A stretch of 58,238 nucleotides of DNA from Candidatus Didemnitutus sp. (lineage in GTDB: Bacteria; Bacteroidota; Ignavibacteria; Kapaibacteriales; Kapaibacteriaceae): assembly GCA_035299365.1 (NCBI GenBank), contig DATGWS010000231.1, forward strand, positions 1 to 58,238, in the 5' to 3' direction. The position numbers and the translations under genes are program-made. Every line of letters begins with the position of its first letter. Positions within the stretch are counted from its first letter, which is position 1. Positions 26,310 through 34,715 of this stretch are shown here, one piece after another. The notes below the pieces were generated by a model. The model saw only the letters and a list, made by a program, of their open reading frames with translations. It was not told the DNA's origin and searched no databases.

Positions 26310-27326
26310 ATGCACGCAGGTCGTAACTACACACTCAAAGAGGTTCTCCTTTGGACGAAGCGGGAGATCCTGATGATTTCGCTAATATCCACAGTGCCGG
26401 TGGTCTTGTTCTCTGTTCTGGGTTGGACGTGGGTAGTGATCCCGTGGGTGCCCATAGCACTCGTTGGCACTGCTGTTGCCTTTGTTGTTGGATTCAAGAA
26501 CAATGCTTCGTACGACCGCACGTGGGAAGCGCGTACTGCATGGGGAGCCATTGTCAACGCCAGTAGGTCATGGGGCTTTATGTCTCGTGATTATGTTTCG
26601 GACATGTTCCTCACATCGGAAGGTATAGACCTTACCGAGGCACGCCGAACATTGATCTATCGTCATTTGGCATGGGTAACAGCCTTGCGCTATCAGCTCC
26701 GTCAGCCACGTGCTTGGGAGAGCGTCGATCTTATTGATACTCAGGAGTACCGTGCTCGTTGGTATGAGATAGAGGAACGAGTAACGCCCCTTTCTACAGC
26801 CTTGGCACCATTTCTTTCCGGTGAGGATATTGATAGAGTGATGGCTTCGCCAAATGCTGCGTTGACTATTCTATCGGACCAATCAGCTCATCTCAGCCTA
26901 CTTCGCCAACAGGGTGCGATTGAAGACTTCCGTCACATGGAAATGCAGAACGGCGTTAACGAACTGCTCTCTCAACAAGGGGCGTGCGAGCGTATCAAGA
27001 ACTTCCCCTACCCCAGGCAGTTCGCTACTCTCAATGAGTACTTCGTGAGAATATTTGTTCTCATGGTTCCATTCGGAATGCTGCAGGAGTTTGAGAAACT
27101 TGGCGATCATATGGTATGGCTTACGATACCATTTAGCGCCCTAGTCTCGTGGATCTTTGTGATGATGGAGAAGATCGGTACCGCAACGGAAAGCCCCTTT
27201 GAAGGGAGTGCGAATGATGTACCGATAACGGCTCTATCACGAACGATCGAGATAGATCTGCGTGGCATTCTCGGAGAAGATGTATTACCGGGAGCGAAGC
27301 AGCCGTCGCATCATATCCTGATGTAG
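26310..27326 (+). CDS. bestrophin-family (UPF0187/YneE-like) anion channel
   Basis: N-terminal TM hairpins followed by 'YDRTWEARTAWGAIVNASR'. Size and layout match bacterial bestrophin homologues as I recall them. Confidence 0.6.
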   Translation: MHAGRNYTLKEVLLWTKREILMISLISTVPVVLFSVLGWTWVVIPWVPIALVGTAVAFVVGFKNNASYDRTWEARTAWGAIVNASRSWGFMSRDYVSDMFLTSEGIDLTEARRTLIYRHLAWVTALRYQLRQPRAWESVDLIDTQEYRARWYEIEERVTPLSTALAPFLSGEDIDRVMASPNAALTILSDQSAHLSLLRQQGAIEDFRHMEMQNGVNELLSQQGACERIKNFPYPRQFATLNEYFVRIFVLMVPFGMLQEFEKLGDHMVWLTIPFSALVSWIFVMMEKIGTATESPFEGSANDVPITALSRTIEIDLRGILGEDVLPGAKQPSHHILM

Positions 27327-27327
27327 T

Positions 27328-28122
27328 TCAGCTAACCTTACCGGCTACGATCATGGCTTCGAGCGTTGGGGTTGGCCGTCCGCCCTTTGGCTCTATGGTG
27401 ATCGCGAATACGCTAGGGCGCTCTATGGTCTTCATTGCCTTGATAGCACCGTTCTCGGCATCAATTTCTACCACACCAAGATCGACCGGCGCACCGTCGA
27501 CAATGGCCCATAGCTGATAGTCTTGGTCAGGTGAGAGCTTCGGGAGTGCACGGGCATCGATCACCACTTCATGATTGGTGGTGTTCCAGAAAACTGATGC
27601 ATAGGCGTTCACATCCGGGCGTACTGCTGGGAGCGCAATTCGTTGCACGTCTTTCGATACCATGGCATCGAGAGTCTTCTGGACGTTGCTGACCTTACTT
27701 GCCACAACGGCATTCTCACTCTTTGCTTCCGCCAATGCTTCTACTGCCTTGTTGCGTTCATCAATGTATTGGGAACGTTCCGTTAGGAAATAGACGGATG
27801 GTAGCGTGCCTATTAGGAGTCCGATGGAAGCGGCAATGAGATACCGATTGCGTGTGTTGATCGGATAGACTGTTGCCGGTGGTTGCCCTAGGGTTGTTGC
27901 AGTGAATACGGCGTCAAGTGTCCGTGAACGTAGGTCAGGAGTTGGCTTTACTGCGTGCTCTTGAGCAAAGGCTTCAACTGCCCGAGATATCTCCCGCACT
28001 TCGAGTTCGACAGCAGGATTGGTTCGCATTGCCTCTTCAACAATGTTGCGTTCTTCAGCCGTGCACGCGTCAGCCACGTACAGTTCTAGAAGACCGGAAT
28101 CGAGGAGTTCTTGGTGCGTCAC
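27328..28122 (-). CDS. anti-sigma factor, RskA (anti-sigma-K) type
   Basis: Cytoplasmic N-terminal helix, single TM 'YLIAASIGLLIGTLPSVYF', extracytoplasmic 'DYQLWAIVDGAPVDLGVVEID...ITIEPKGG' typical of the RskA C-domain. 4-nt overlap with the sigma gene. Confidence 0.65.
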   Translation of the reverse strand: MTHQELLDSGLLELYVADACTAEERNIVEEAMRTNPAVELEVREISRAVEAFAQEHAVKPTPDLRSRTLDAVFTATTLGQPPATVYPINTRNRYLIAASIGLLIGTLPSVYFLTERSQYIDERNKAVEALAEAKSENAVVASKVSNVQKTLDAMVSKDVQRIALPAVRPDVNAYASVFWNTTNHEVVIDARALPKLSPDQDYQLWAIVDGAPVDLGVVEIDAENGAIKAMKTIERPSVFAITIEPKGGRPTPTLEAMIVAGKVS

Positions 28123-28676
28123 AGCGACACTCCATAGATCGTTCGGAGGGTGTTCATTGCTAGCCGGACCCTTGATTTGACGGTGCCAAGCGGGATATCA
28201 TATTCTTCTGCGATCTCGGATTGGGAATAGCCCTTGAAGTACACGAGATCAATGATCTCTTGTTGTTCAGGTGGAAGGGTGCCAACCAACGACTTGAGGT
28301 CTACAGACTCTGCAGCCTCACGAGGATCAGACACCCTGCTATCGATACCTACGATCTCCTCAGCTGTTTGGATCTCTTCTCGAGAATACGAGGCCTTGCG
28401 CAATGTGTCGATAGCAAGATTCCTTGCGATGTTCAGCATCCACGTGAACAACGTGCCACGATCCGGTGAATAGCTCTCGCGGTTGGTCCAAACACGAACA
28501 AATGTCTCTTGAAGGACATCTTCTGCATGTGAGGTAGACCGAAGGATACGTACTACAACTCCGTAAAGTGCTGCAGAGTATTCGTCATACAGCCTGGTCA
28601 TCACGCTGGCGTCACCTCTCTTTAGGCTAGCAGCATAGTCCTGGGTTTCGGATTCCATATCAAGAGGCATGCCCAA
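28119..28676 (-). CDS. ECF-type RNA polymerase sigma-70 factor
   Basis: Region 2 'DVLQETFVRVWTN'. Region 4 'KGYSQSEIAEEYDIPLGTVKSRVRLA'. Confidence 0.85.
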   Translation of the reverse strand: MGMPLDMESETQDYAASLKRGDASVMTRLYDEYSAALYGVVVRILRSTSHAEDVLQETFVRVWTNRESYSPDRGTLFTWMLNIARNLAIDTLRKASYSREEIQTAEEIVGIDSRVSDPREAAESVDLKSLVGTLPPEQQEIIDLVYFKGYSQSEIAEEYDIPLGTVKSRVRLAMNTLRTIYGVSL

Positions 28677-28741
28677 TATAGGGCAGTACTGAATAATCAG
28701 CCACTACAGTGATCCGATCCGCAACGTTCCCCGTAGGTATT

Positions 28742-28771
28742 GGAAACGTGCAACAACGCACTCCATTCCAC
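28742..28771 (+). promoter_or_regulatory. ECF-like bipartite promoter candidate GGAAACGTGCAAC-N8-CCATTCCAC upstream of the DUF4331 operon
   Basis: Near-identical to 34150-34180. It sits back-to-back with a minus-strand GGAACGTT (28730-28723) facing the sigma gene. Confidence 0.4.
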
Positions 28772-28790
28772 AACCTTCATGAGGTGACCT

Positions 28791-30851
28791 GTGAGGCTTC
28801 TTCGTCCTAAAATGGCTCTAGCTGCTCTGGCAGCCGCAGCGGGCCTATGTGCCATCGTATACGCATCCTCGCACCGCGAGGCGCCACTGATCAGCAACGA
28901 TCCGTTGGCAGACAACACAGACCTGTACGCGTTCCGCTGTCCGGATGACACAAACTCCATTGCGATCATCGCAAACTACATTCCGTTCGAACTGCCTGAG
29001 GGAGGTCCGAACTATGCGTCCTTCGGCGAGAACATTCGTTATGAGATCCACGTTGATAACGATGCGGCGGTCTCAGGCGACGAGATCACCTATCGATTCA
29101 CCTTTACGAAGGTGAACGAAGATCCAACCACCTTCTTCAATATTCGACTCGGCAAAGAAAATCTCAAGACCAGCTACGTCTGCGAGCGCTCCACTGATGG
29201 TGGCGCAACGTTCCAACAGATCGTGGCTTCGGGCATGGTGCCGCCGCCAAACATTGGACCACGCTCTATCGAAGGTGGTGCCGGCTTGAACAAGCCATAC
29301 GACCAACTTGTTCAAGAAGCTATTACAACGTCAAGCACGGGAGAGACCATCTTCTGTGGTCCGGTTGATGATCCGTTCTTCGTTGACCTTGGTGGCATCT
29401 TTGACCTTGGTCAAACACGCAAGGCAGACGGCACCGGGTCGGAGAAGGCGCGCGACGCTGTTGCAGGCTTCAACTGCCATACCATTGCCCTGAAGATCCC
29501 TATCTCGACGCTTCAAAAGGATGGCAAATCTGTAAGCATGGCCACGAACATCCTCGATGGTGATTTTGTGATCGGCGTATGGGCGTCTGCATCACGTCCG
29601 AAAATCACAACACTGCGTACAGATGGGCAGAAGCCAGATGTGAGCGGTGAGTGGGTACAGATCTCGCGCATTGGTATGCCCCTTACCAACGAAGCCGTGA
29701 TTCCGATTGGTGACAAGGACCGTTGGAACGCTGGCACGCCGTACGAGACATCGCGCGAACTCTCCTATGCCAAGTACTTCGTGAATCCAGAGCTGGCGTT
29801 GTATATGGATGATAGCAAGTTCGGTAGCGCTGTGCCATCATTCGCTGACCTGCGCATTCAGACAAAGGCGCTTGGTTCATTTGACTTCCGTAACGGAGCG
29901 GACGGACTCTACGGCCTGCTTGCAACAAATGGTGGAGCAGGTACTGCATTGGATACCAACGCCTTTGGTAAGATTCTTCTGCAACCTCAATCACCACGCT
30001 CGGTTGACTTGCTGCCGATCTTCTATACCGGCGTTCCAAATCTTCCGCCTTATCAATTGGCTACAGGAAAGAACGGGAACCCTCTTGCGGCTGGGAAGCC
30101 CCTTATCAACAACTTCCTTCCTGTGCTGGGAGACATGCTACGTCTGAACATGGCAACACCAGTTACTCCACGCGAAAGTGCAGATTTCTCTACGCTTGGA
30201 CTTGTTAACTGTGCAGTACTGGGACTCACTGATCCACGCTTCAATGCATCAGCAGATCTTCAATGGATTCCAAACATGGATGGATTCCCGAATGGACGTC
30301 GCCTCGAAGATGACGTAACAACAATTGAACTCCAAGCGGTATCGGGTGTTGTGCTTGCAGCCATTGGGTTGTGGTACGATGACTATTCATCAGGGGGCTC
30401 GCCGGTAACACCAAATCTTGTAAAGGTGTTGTCCTACAATGCCGGTCCAACCAAGAACGATAAGTCCTTTACCAAGCGTTTCCCGTACATGGCCGAAGCC
30501 CATCGCGGATATGATGCAGCAGGCAATACTGTTGGCGTGCGCGGCAGGTTGAACGACGATCCTATTGGCCTTCAAGCACCGTCTGCATTCTTCATCGGCT
30601 CTGCTGCACCAAATCCATTCAGTACAGCAACATCTCTTCGGTTCCATTCTGCCGAGAGTGGTCTTGCTTCTGTTCGTGTGTATGATGCAAGGGGCTTAGC
30701 AGTTGCCACGATCTTCGATGGCACTATACCTGCAGGAGACCACGTGGTATCGTGGTCAGCGAACAATTCGCTTACCACCGGTGCCTACATGCTTGTCCTT
30801 GAAATCAACGGACGGCAATCAGCTTCCACACGCGTAGTCCTTCAGCGCTAA
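28791..30851 (+). CDS. DUF4331-family secreted protein with T9SS CTD
   Basis: GTG 28791 (or ATG 28812). After the signal peptide comes 'SSHREAPLISNDPLADNTDLYAF', the DUF4331 N-terminal signature as I recall it. C-terminus 'APNPFSTATSLRFHS...VRVYDARGLAVATIF...GAYMLVLEINGRQ'. Confidence 0.7.
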   Translation: MRLLRPKMALAALAAAAGLCAIVYASSHREAPLISNDPLADNTDLYAFRCPDDTNSIAIIANYIPFELPEGGPNYASFGENIRYEIHVDNDAAVSGDEITYRFTFTKVNEDPTTFFNIRLGKENLKTSYVCERSTDGGATFQQIVASGMVPPPNIGPRSIEGGAGLNKPYDQLVQEAITTSSTGETIFCGPVDDPFFVDLGGIFDLGQTRKADGTGSEKARDAVAGFNCHTIALKIPISTLQKDGKSVSMATNILDGDFVIGVWASASRPKITTLRTDGQKPDVSGEWVQISRIGMPLTNEAVIPIGDKDRWNAGTPYETSRELSYAKYFVNPELALYMDDSKFGSAVPSFADLRIQTKALGSFDFRNGADGLYGLLATNGGAGTALDTNAFGKILLQPQSPRSVDLLPIFYTGVPNLPPYQLATGKNGNPLAAGKPLINNFLPVLGDMLRLNMATPVTPRESADFSTLGLVNCAVLGLTDPRFNASADLQWIPNMDGFPNGRRLEDDVTTIELQAVSGVVLAAIGLWYDDYSSGGSPVTPNLVKVLSYNAGPTKNDKSFTKRFPYMAEAHRGYDAAGNTVGVRGRLNDDPIGLQAPSAFFIGSAAPNPFSTATSLRFHSAESGLASVRVYDARGLAVATIFDGTIPAGDHVVSWSANNSLTTGAYMLVLEINGRQSASTRVVLQR

Positions 30852-30876
30852 CACCACATGAGCTGGTAGGACCTTT

Positions 30877-30894
30877 CCGCCCGTGTTCGGGCGG
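30877..30894 (+). other. GC hairpin between the DUF4331 and TPR genes (no U-tract)
   Basis: CCGCCCG-tgtt-CGGGCGG. Possible intra-operon attenuator or mRNA stabiliser. Confidence 0.3.
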
Positions 30895-30930
30895 TAGGGA
30901 GCTATCACAATCAACCTTCGAAGGAAACCC

Positions 30931-31899
30931 ATGCGCTACCTCATTCTCCTCTTGATCTGCTCGATCACGGTGTCTTGCAGTCGGTCTACTTATTCGGACT
31001 CATCAGAGATAACACCACTCAAGCCGCGCGTTGCCGGACTTTACCCGAAGGAATTTGCGAAGCAACGATTGCAGTTCGATGCGGCGTGTGTATTGCTCAG
31101 ATCAATGCCGGACTCTGTGAAACCATATACGATGTTGGCATCGGTCTACATGTCGGAGGCACGCGTTACGGGCGATCATCCGTATTACTATCCGGCTGCA
31201 TTACGTTCTATCGAAGCAGGACTAGATCGAAACCCACAGTCGAACGAGCTACGTATGCAGAAGGCAAGTGTGTTGCTTTCTCTGCACCGTTTCGAGGAAG
31301 CACGTGTTCTGGCTGTTGAACTCTGTACACAAATGCCACGCGTTGCAACCGTCTACGGCATGGCATGTGATGCGAACCTTGAACTTGGACGAATGGATGA
31401 GGCGGTCCAGGCAGCCACTGCGATGATGAACCTTCGTCCGGGTATTGAATCGTATTCACGTGTGTCCTACCTGCGAGAACGCCATGGCGATCTTGAAGGG
31501 GCTCTCTCTGCGATGAAGATGGCCGTACAGTCTGGACTGCCCGGCACGGAGGATGCAGCATGGGCCAGAGTTACCTATGGCAACCTTCTCGTTAAGGCAG
31601 GGAACATCCAAGAAGCTGAACGACAGTTTACACTAGCACGTATGGAACGCGAAGACTATGCATTCGCCATTGCGGGACTTGCCAGAATAAAGCACCTGCA
31701 TAAAGATGACGATGTGGCGCTGGCAATGCTCGACTCAGCAATACAACGTGTGCCGGAGATATCCTTCGTTGAGCTGTCGCTCGAGATTGAACGCAAGCGT
31801 AAGAATGCTGCTAGAGTAGTAGCACTAGAGCGCCTCATAGATCAAATGACAAGGGAGGATCGTGCTGCCGGTATGTTGGCGGAGGTTGGTGCTCAATGA
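30931..31899 (+). CDS. TPR-repeat lipoprotein
   Basis: Lipobox 'ITVSC'. About 7 TPR-like helix pairs ('LASVYMSEARVTGD', 'ACDANLELGRMDEA', 'YGNLLVKAGNIQEA'). ATGA overlap with the next gene. Confidence 0.65.
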   Translation: MRYLILLLICSITVSCSRSTYSDSSEITPLKPRVAGLYPKEFAKQRLQFDAACVLLRSMPDSVKPYTMLASVYMSEARVTGDHPYYYPAALRSIEAGLDRNPQSNELRMQKASVLLSLHRFEEARVLAVELCTQMPRVATVYGMACDANLELGRMDEAVQAATAMMNLRPGIESYSRVSYLRERHGDLEGALSAMKMAVQSGLPGTEDAAWARVTYGNLLVKAGNIQEAERQFTLARMEREDYAFAIAGLARIKHLHKDDDVALAMLDSAIQRVPEISFVELSLEIERKRKNAARVVALERLIDQMTREDRAAGMLAEVGAQ

Positions 31900-33926
31900 G
31901 AACCTGGCTTTTCCTTCTGCAGATATTCGTTCTCTTGACAACAGCACTATTGCCCGTGTTTGCTGCGAACGATGACGCGTCTGATACAACTACCTACACT
32001 AAGCCACCTGTAGTTGTTGTTGCTCAGCGCCCAATGTCGGCCGCGTCAGATGAAACGTTCCGTTCGCGAGATCTTGACCTCCTCCCGCGAATGTCCACAC
32101 AAGACCTCCTCCGCGTTGTACCCGGTCTTGTCATCACTCAACACGCAGGAGGTGGAAAGGCAGAACAGATCTTTCTTCGTGGCTTCGATGCAGATCATGG
32201 TACGGATGTGAACATCAATGTTGAGGGAGCACCCGTGAACATGGTCTCTCATGGTCATGGACAGGGATATGCGGACCTTCATTTTGTTATTCCCGAACTC
32301 GTTGAACGCATTGACCTTGTTAAAGGTCCGTACTTCGCTCAATACGGAGACCTTACAACAGCCGGCGCTGTTACCCTCCACCTGGCAGATACGCTCCCAA
32401 GCAACATTGCCAAAATCGAGTCTGGTCTCTATGGTTTCTTCAGGGGGCTCGGCATTCTCTCCTCGAAACATGATGCCACACACGTCTATGTTGGCGGAGA
32501 GATCGTTACCAACAGCGGATACTTCGATGTTCCACAAGGGCTCGACCGAGTGAATCTCATTGGGCGTACGCACACGGTGCTGTCCAAGGACATATCACTC
32601 ACGTCTACAGCCATGTATCTCACCTCGTCGTGGGACGCGAGTGGTCAGATCCCCGAACGCGCAGTTGGCAATGGGCTCATCAGCCGCTATGGTTCCATTG
32701 ATCCAAACGAAGGTGGCCAAACAAGCAGAACTACCTTGCAGATCGCTCTTGAAGAAAAGGGCATGGACCCATTTTCCGTCAGAGCTTCTTTCACCGATTA
32801 CAGATTTCAGCTCTTCAGCAACTTTACATTCTTTCTGAACGACTCCCTTCGTGGAGATATGATTGAACAAACAGACGACCGTCAAGTGGTTACGATGCAG
32901 GTTCAGAAATCATTCTCATCTGAATGGGGCTCCATCGGGGCGATAACGATGATCGGAACCAACGTACGGTATGATGACATTGCCACGTCACTCTTTCACG
33001 ACTCCGCACGCGTGCGACTCTCAACAACACGAGGCAACACCATCGACCAAACGAATATTGGACTCTTTGCACAGCAGACAGTGCTCATGGATGACCTCAC
33101 GATCATTCTTGGACTCCGAGGTGACTACTTTCGTTTTCTTGTTGCAGACATTACCACAAATGCAGATGAGGTGCGCGGTGTGATGTCGACCTTCCTTGTT
33201 TCACCAAAAATCACACTTACCTATTCGCTTAACGAGAGCGCAATGCTCTTTGCGAATTCCGGATTTGGATTCCATTCCAACGATGCACGCGTAGCTGTTA
33301 CTGTTCCCAATAGTACCACGGTACCACGCGCCTTTGGGTCGGAAATCGGTGCTCGTTGGGCAGATCGAACCGTTGCATTGTCTGCTACTGCCTGGATGTT
33401 GGATCTTGAGAGCGAGTTTGTCTGGATTGGTGATGAGGGAACAACAGAAGAGTCAGGCCGTTCTAGAAGAGTTGGTATAGACCTAGAAGCACGCGTTCAA
33501 ACAACGCAGTGGCTTACCATCGGTGGCAATGCTACGTTCGCTCGCGGACGGATGCGTGATCTGGCAGAAGGATTCGATCGGATACCACTAGCCCCTTCGA
33601 TAACCCTCACAACATTTGCAGCGGTGTCTCTACCATGGATGTCATCTGCCGTTCGCCTTAGACATATCGATGACCGCCCGGCAGATGAAAGCAACTCCGT
33701 TATTGCATCAGGGTATACGATTATTGATGTTACAGCTACCATTCCGGTGTCAACGATGATTTCCATCAATCTTCAATGCGAGAATCTCTTCAACACGCAA
33801 TGGCGCGAGTCGCAGTTCGATACGGAGAGTCGACTCCAGAACGAACCAACCCCAGTCTCGGAAATCCACTATACACCAGGCACGCCCTTTTCACTACGCG
33901 TTGGTGTTTCCGTTGCAGGGTGGTAG
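31896..33926 (+). CDS. TonB-dependent outer-membrane receptor
   Basis: Signal peptide, plug ('PPVVVVAQRP', 'VPGLVITQHAGGGKAEQIFLRGFD') and a beta-barrel ending '...FSLRVGVSVAGW'. Confidence 0.8.
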   Translation: MRTWLFLLQIFVLLTTALLPVFAANDDASDTTTYTKPPVVVVAQRPMSAASDETFRSRDLDLLPRMSTQDLLRVVPGLVITQHAGGGKAEQIFLRGFDADHGTDVNINVEGAPVNMVSHGHGQGYADLHFVIPELVERIDLVKGPYFAQYGDLTTAGAVTLHLADTLPSNIAKIESGLYGFFRGLGILSSKHDATHVYVGGEIVTNSGYFDVPQGLDRVNLIGRTHTVLSKDISLTSTAMYLTSSWDASGQIPERAVGNGLISRYGSIDPNEGGQTSRTTLQIALEEKGMDPFSVRASFTDYRFQLFSNFTFFLNDSLRGDMIEQTDDRQVVTMQVQKSFSSEWGSIGAITMIGTNVRYDDIATSLFHDSARVRLSTTRGNTIDQTNIGLFAQQTVLMDDLTIILGLRGDYFRFLVADITTNADEVRGVMSTFLVSPKITLTYSLNESAMLFANSGFGFHSNDARVAVTVPNSTTVPRAFGSEIGARWADRTVALSATAWMLDLESEFVWIGDEGTTEESGRSRRVGIDLEARVQTTQWLTIGGNATFARGRMRDLAEGFDRIPLAPSITLTTFAAVSLPWMSSAVRLRHIDDRPADESNSVIASGYTIIDVTATIPVSTMISINLQCENLFNTQWRESQFDTESRLQNEPTPVSEIHYTPGTPFSLRVGVSVAGW

Positions 33927-34149
33927 TAGCCCCCTACCACACTACTTGGTTTTGCATTACTACTTGTGTCCGACCCACACCGGCCGGGAGTTGACCATAC
34001 GGGTCCGTCTCAACACCGAAGCCCCATGTAGGACTATTCTGCACTTCACGTGAAAGTCGGCTCCAAATGCCATCGAGTAAGAGACTGATGAACAATACGT
34101 GAGTTGCTGCGCATTTTGTGAAGTTATGGAGTGGGGCTCGCCAAATAAA

Positions 34150-34180
34150 GGAAGCGTGCAACTATTTCAGCCCAATCCAC
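34150..34180 (+). promoter_or_regulatory. ECF-like bipartite promoter candidate GGAAGCGTGCAAC-N9-CCAATCCAC upstream of the second ECF sigma gene
   Basis: Matches 28742-28771 at 12/13 and 8/9 positions, with spacing differing by 1 nt. Ends 13 nt before GTG 34194. Confidence 0.4.
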
Positions 34181-34193
34181 CACTTCCTGTTCT

Positions 34194-34715
34194 GTGACTC
34201 CAAAACAACAACGTTTTCTCTCAGTGCTTGAGCCTTTACGCGTCAGATTGTGGCGCTATGTTCGACTTTCTGTATCCGGTAGCGAAGAAGACGTTAGGGA
34301 CGTTATACAGGACACGATTCTCGAAGCCTGGGAATCGTTTGACCGTCTTCGGTCCGACCAGGCTGCTTTGAGTTGGCTTTTCACGATCGCTCGAAGATGT
34401 GCTATCCGAAGTTCCGGTAGACGAGCGCGGTTGGTTGTGTTATCTCCAGATCAGCTGCCAGACATCGCAACGGCTGCTTCTGGACCAGATCTGCTGACCG
34501 ATACAGCACTCCTTCTGGATGCACTTGAAAAGCTCAGTCCGATGATTCGAGAGTCTATCATCCTCGCTGATGTTCTCGACATGAAGCTCGAAGACGTTGC
34601 AATTACACAGGGCGTATCGTTAAGTGCCGTCAAGTCGAGAGTAACGCGTGGAAGAGAACAATTGAAACGGATTCTAACTGATTCACCTGAACAAGCGGAG
34701 ATCAACCATGACTGA
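34194..34715 (+). CDS. ECF-type RNA polymerase sigma-70 factor (second copy)
   Basis: GTG start. Region 2 'DVIQDTILEAWESF'. Region 4 'LEDVAITQGVSLSAVKSRVTRGR'. Confidence 0.8.
   Translation: MTPKQQRFLSVLEPLRVRLWRYVRLSVSGSEEDVRDVIQDTILEAWESFDRLRSDQAALSWLFTIARRCAIRSSGRRARLVVLSPDQLPDIATAASGPDLLTDTALLLDALEKLSPMIRESIILADVLDMKLEDVAITQGVSLSAVKSRVTRGREQLKRILTDSPEQAEINHD

Noticed and set aside
33934-34161. 75-aa minus-strand ORF in the 267-bp spacer after the TonB receptor.
   Set aside because: It has no motif, odd composition and no plausible start context. The spacer is better explained as the 3' UTR plus the promoter region of the second ECF operon.
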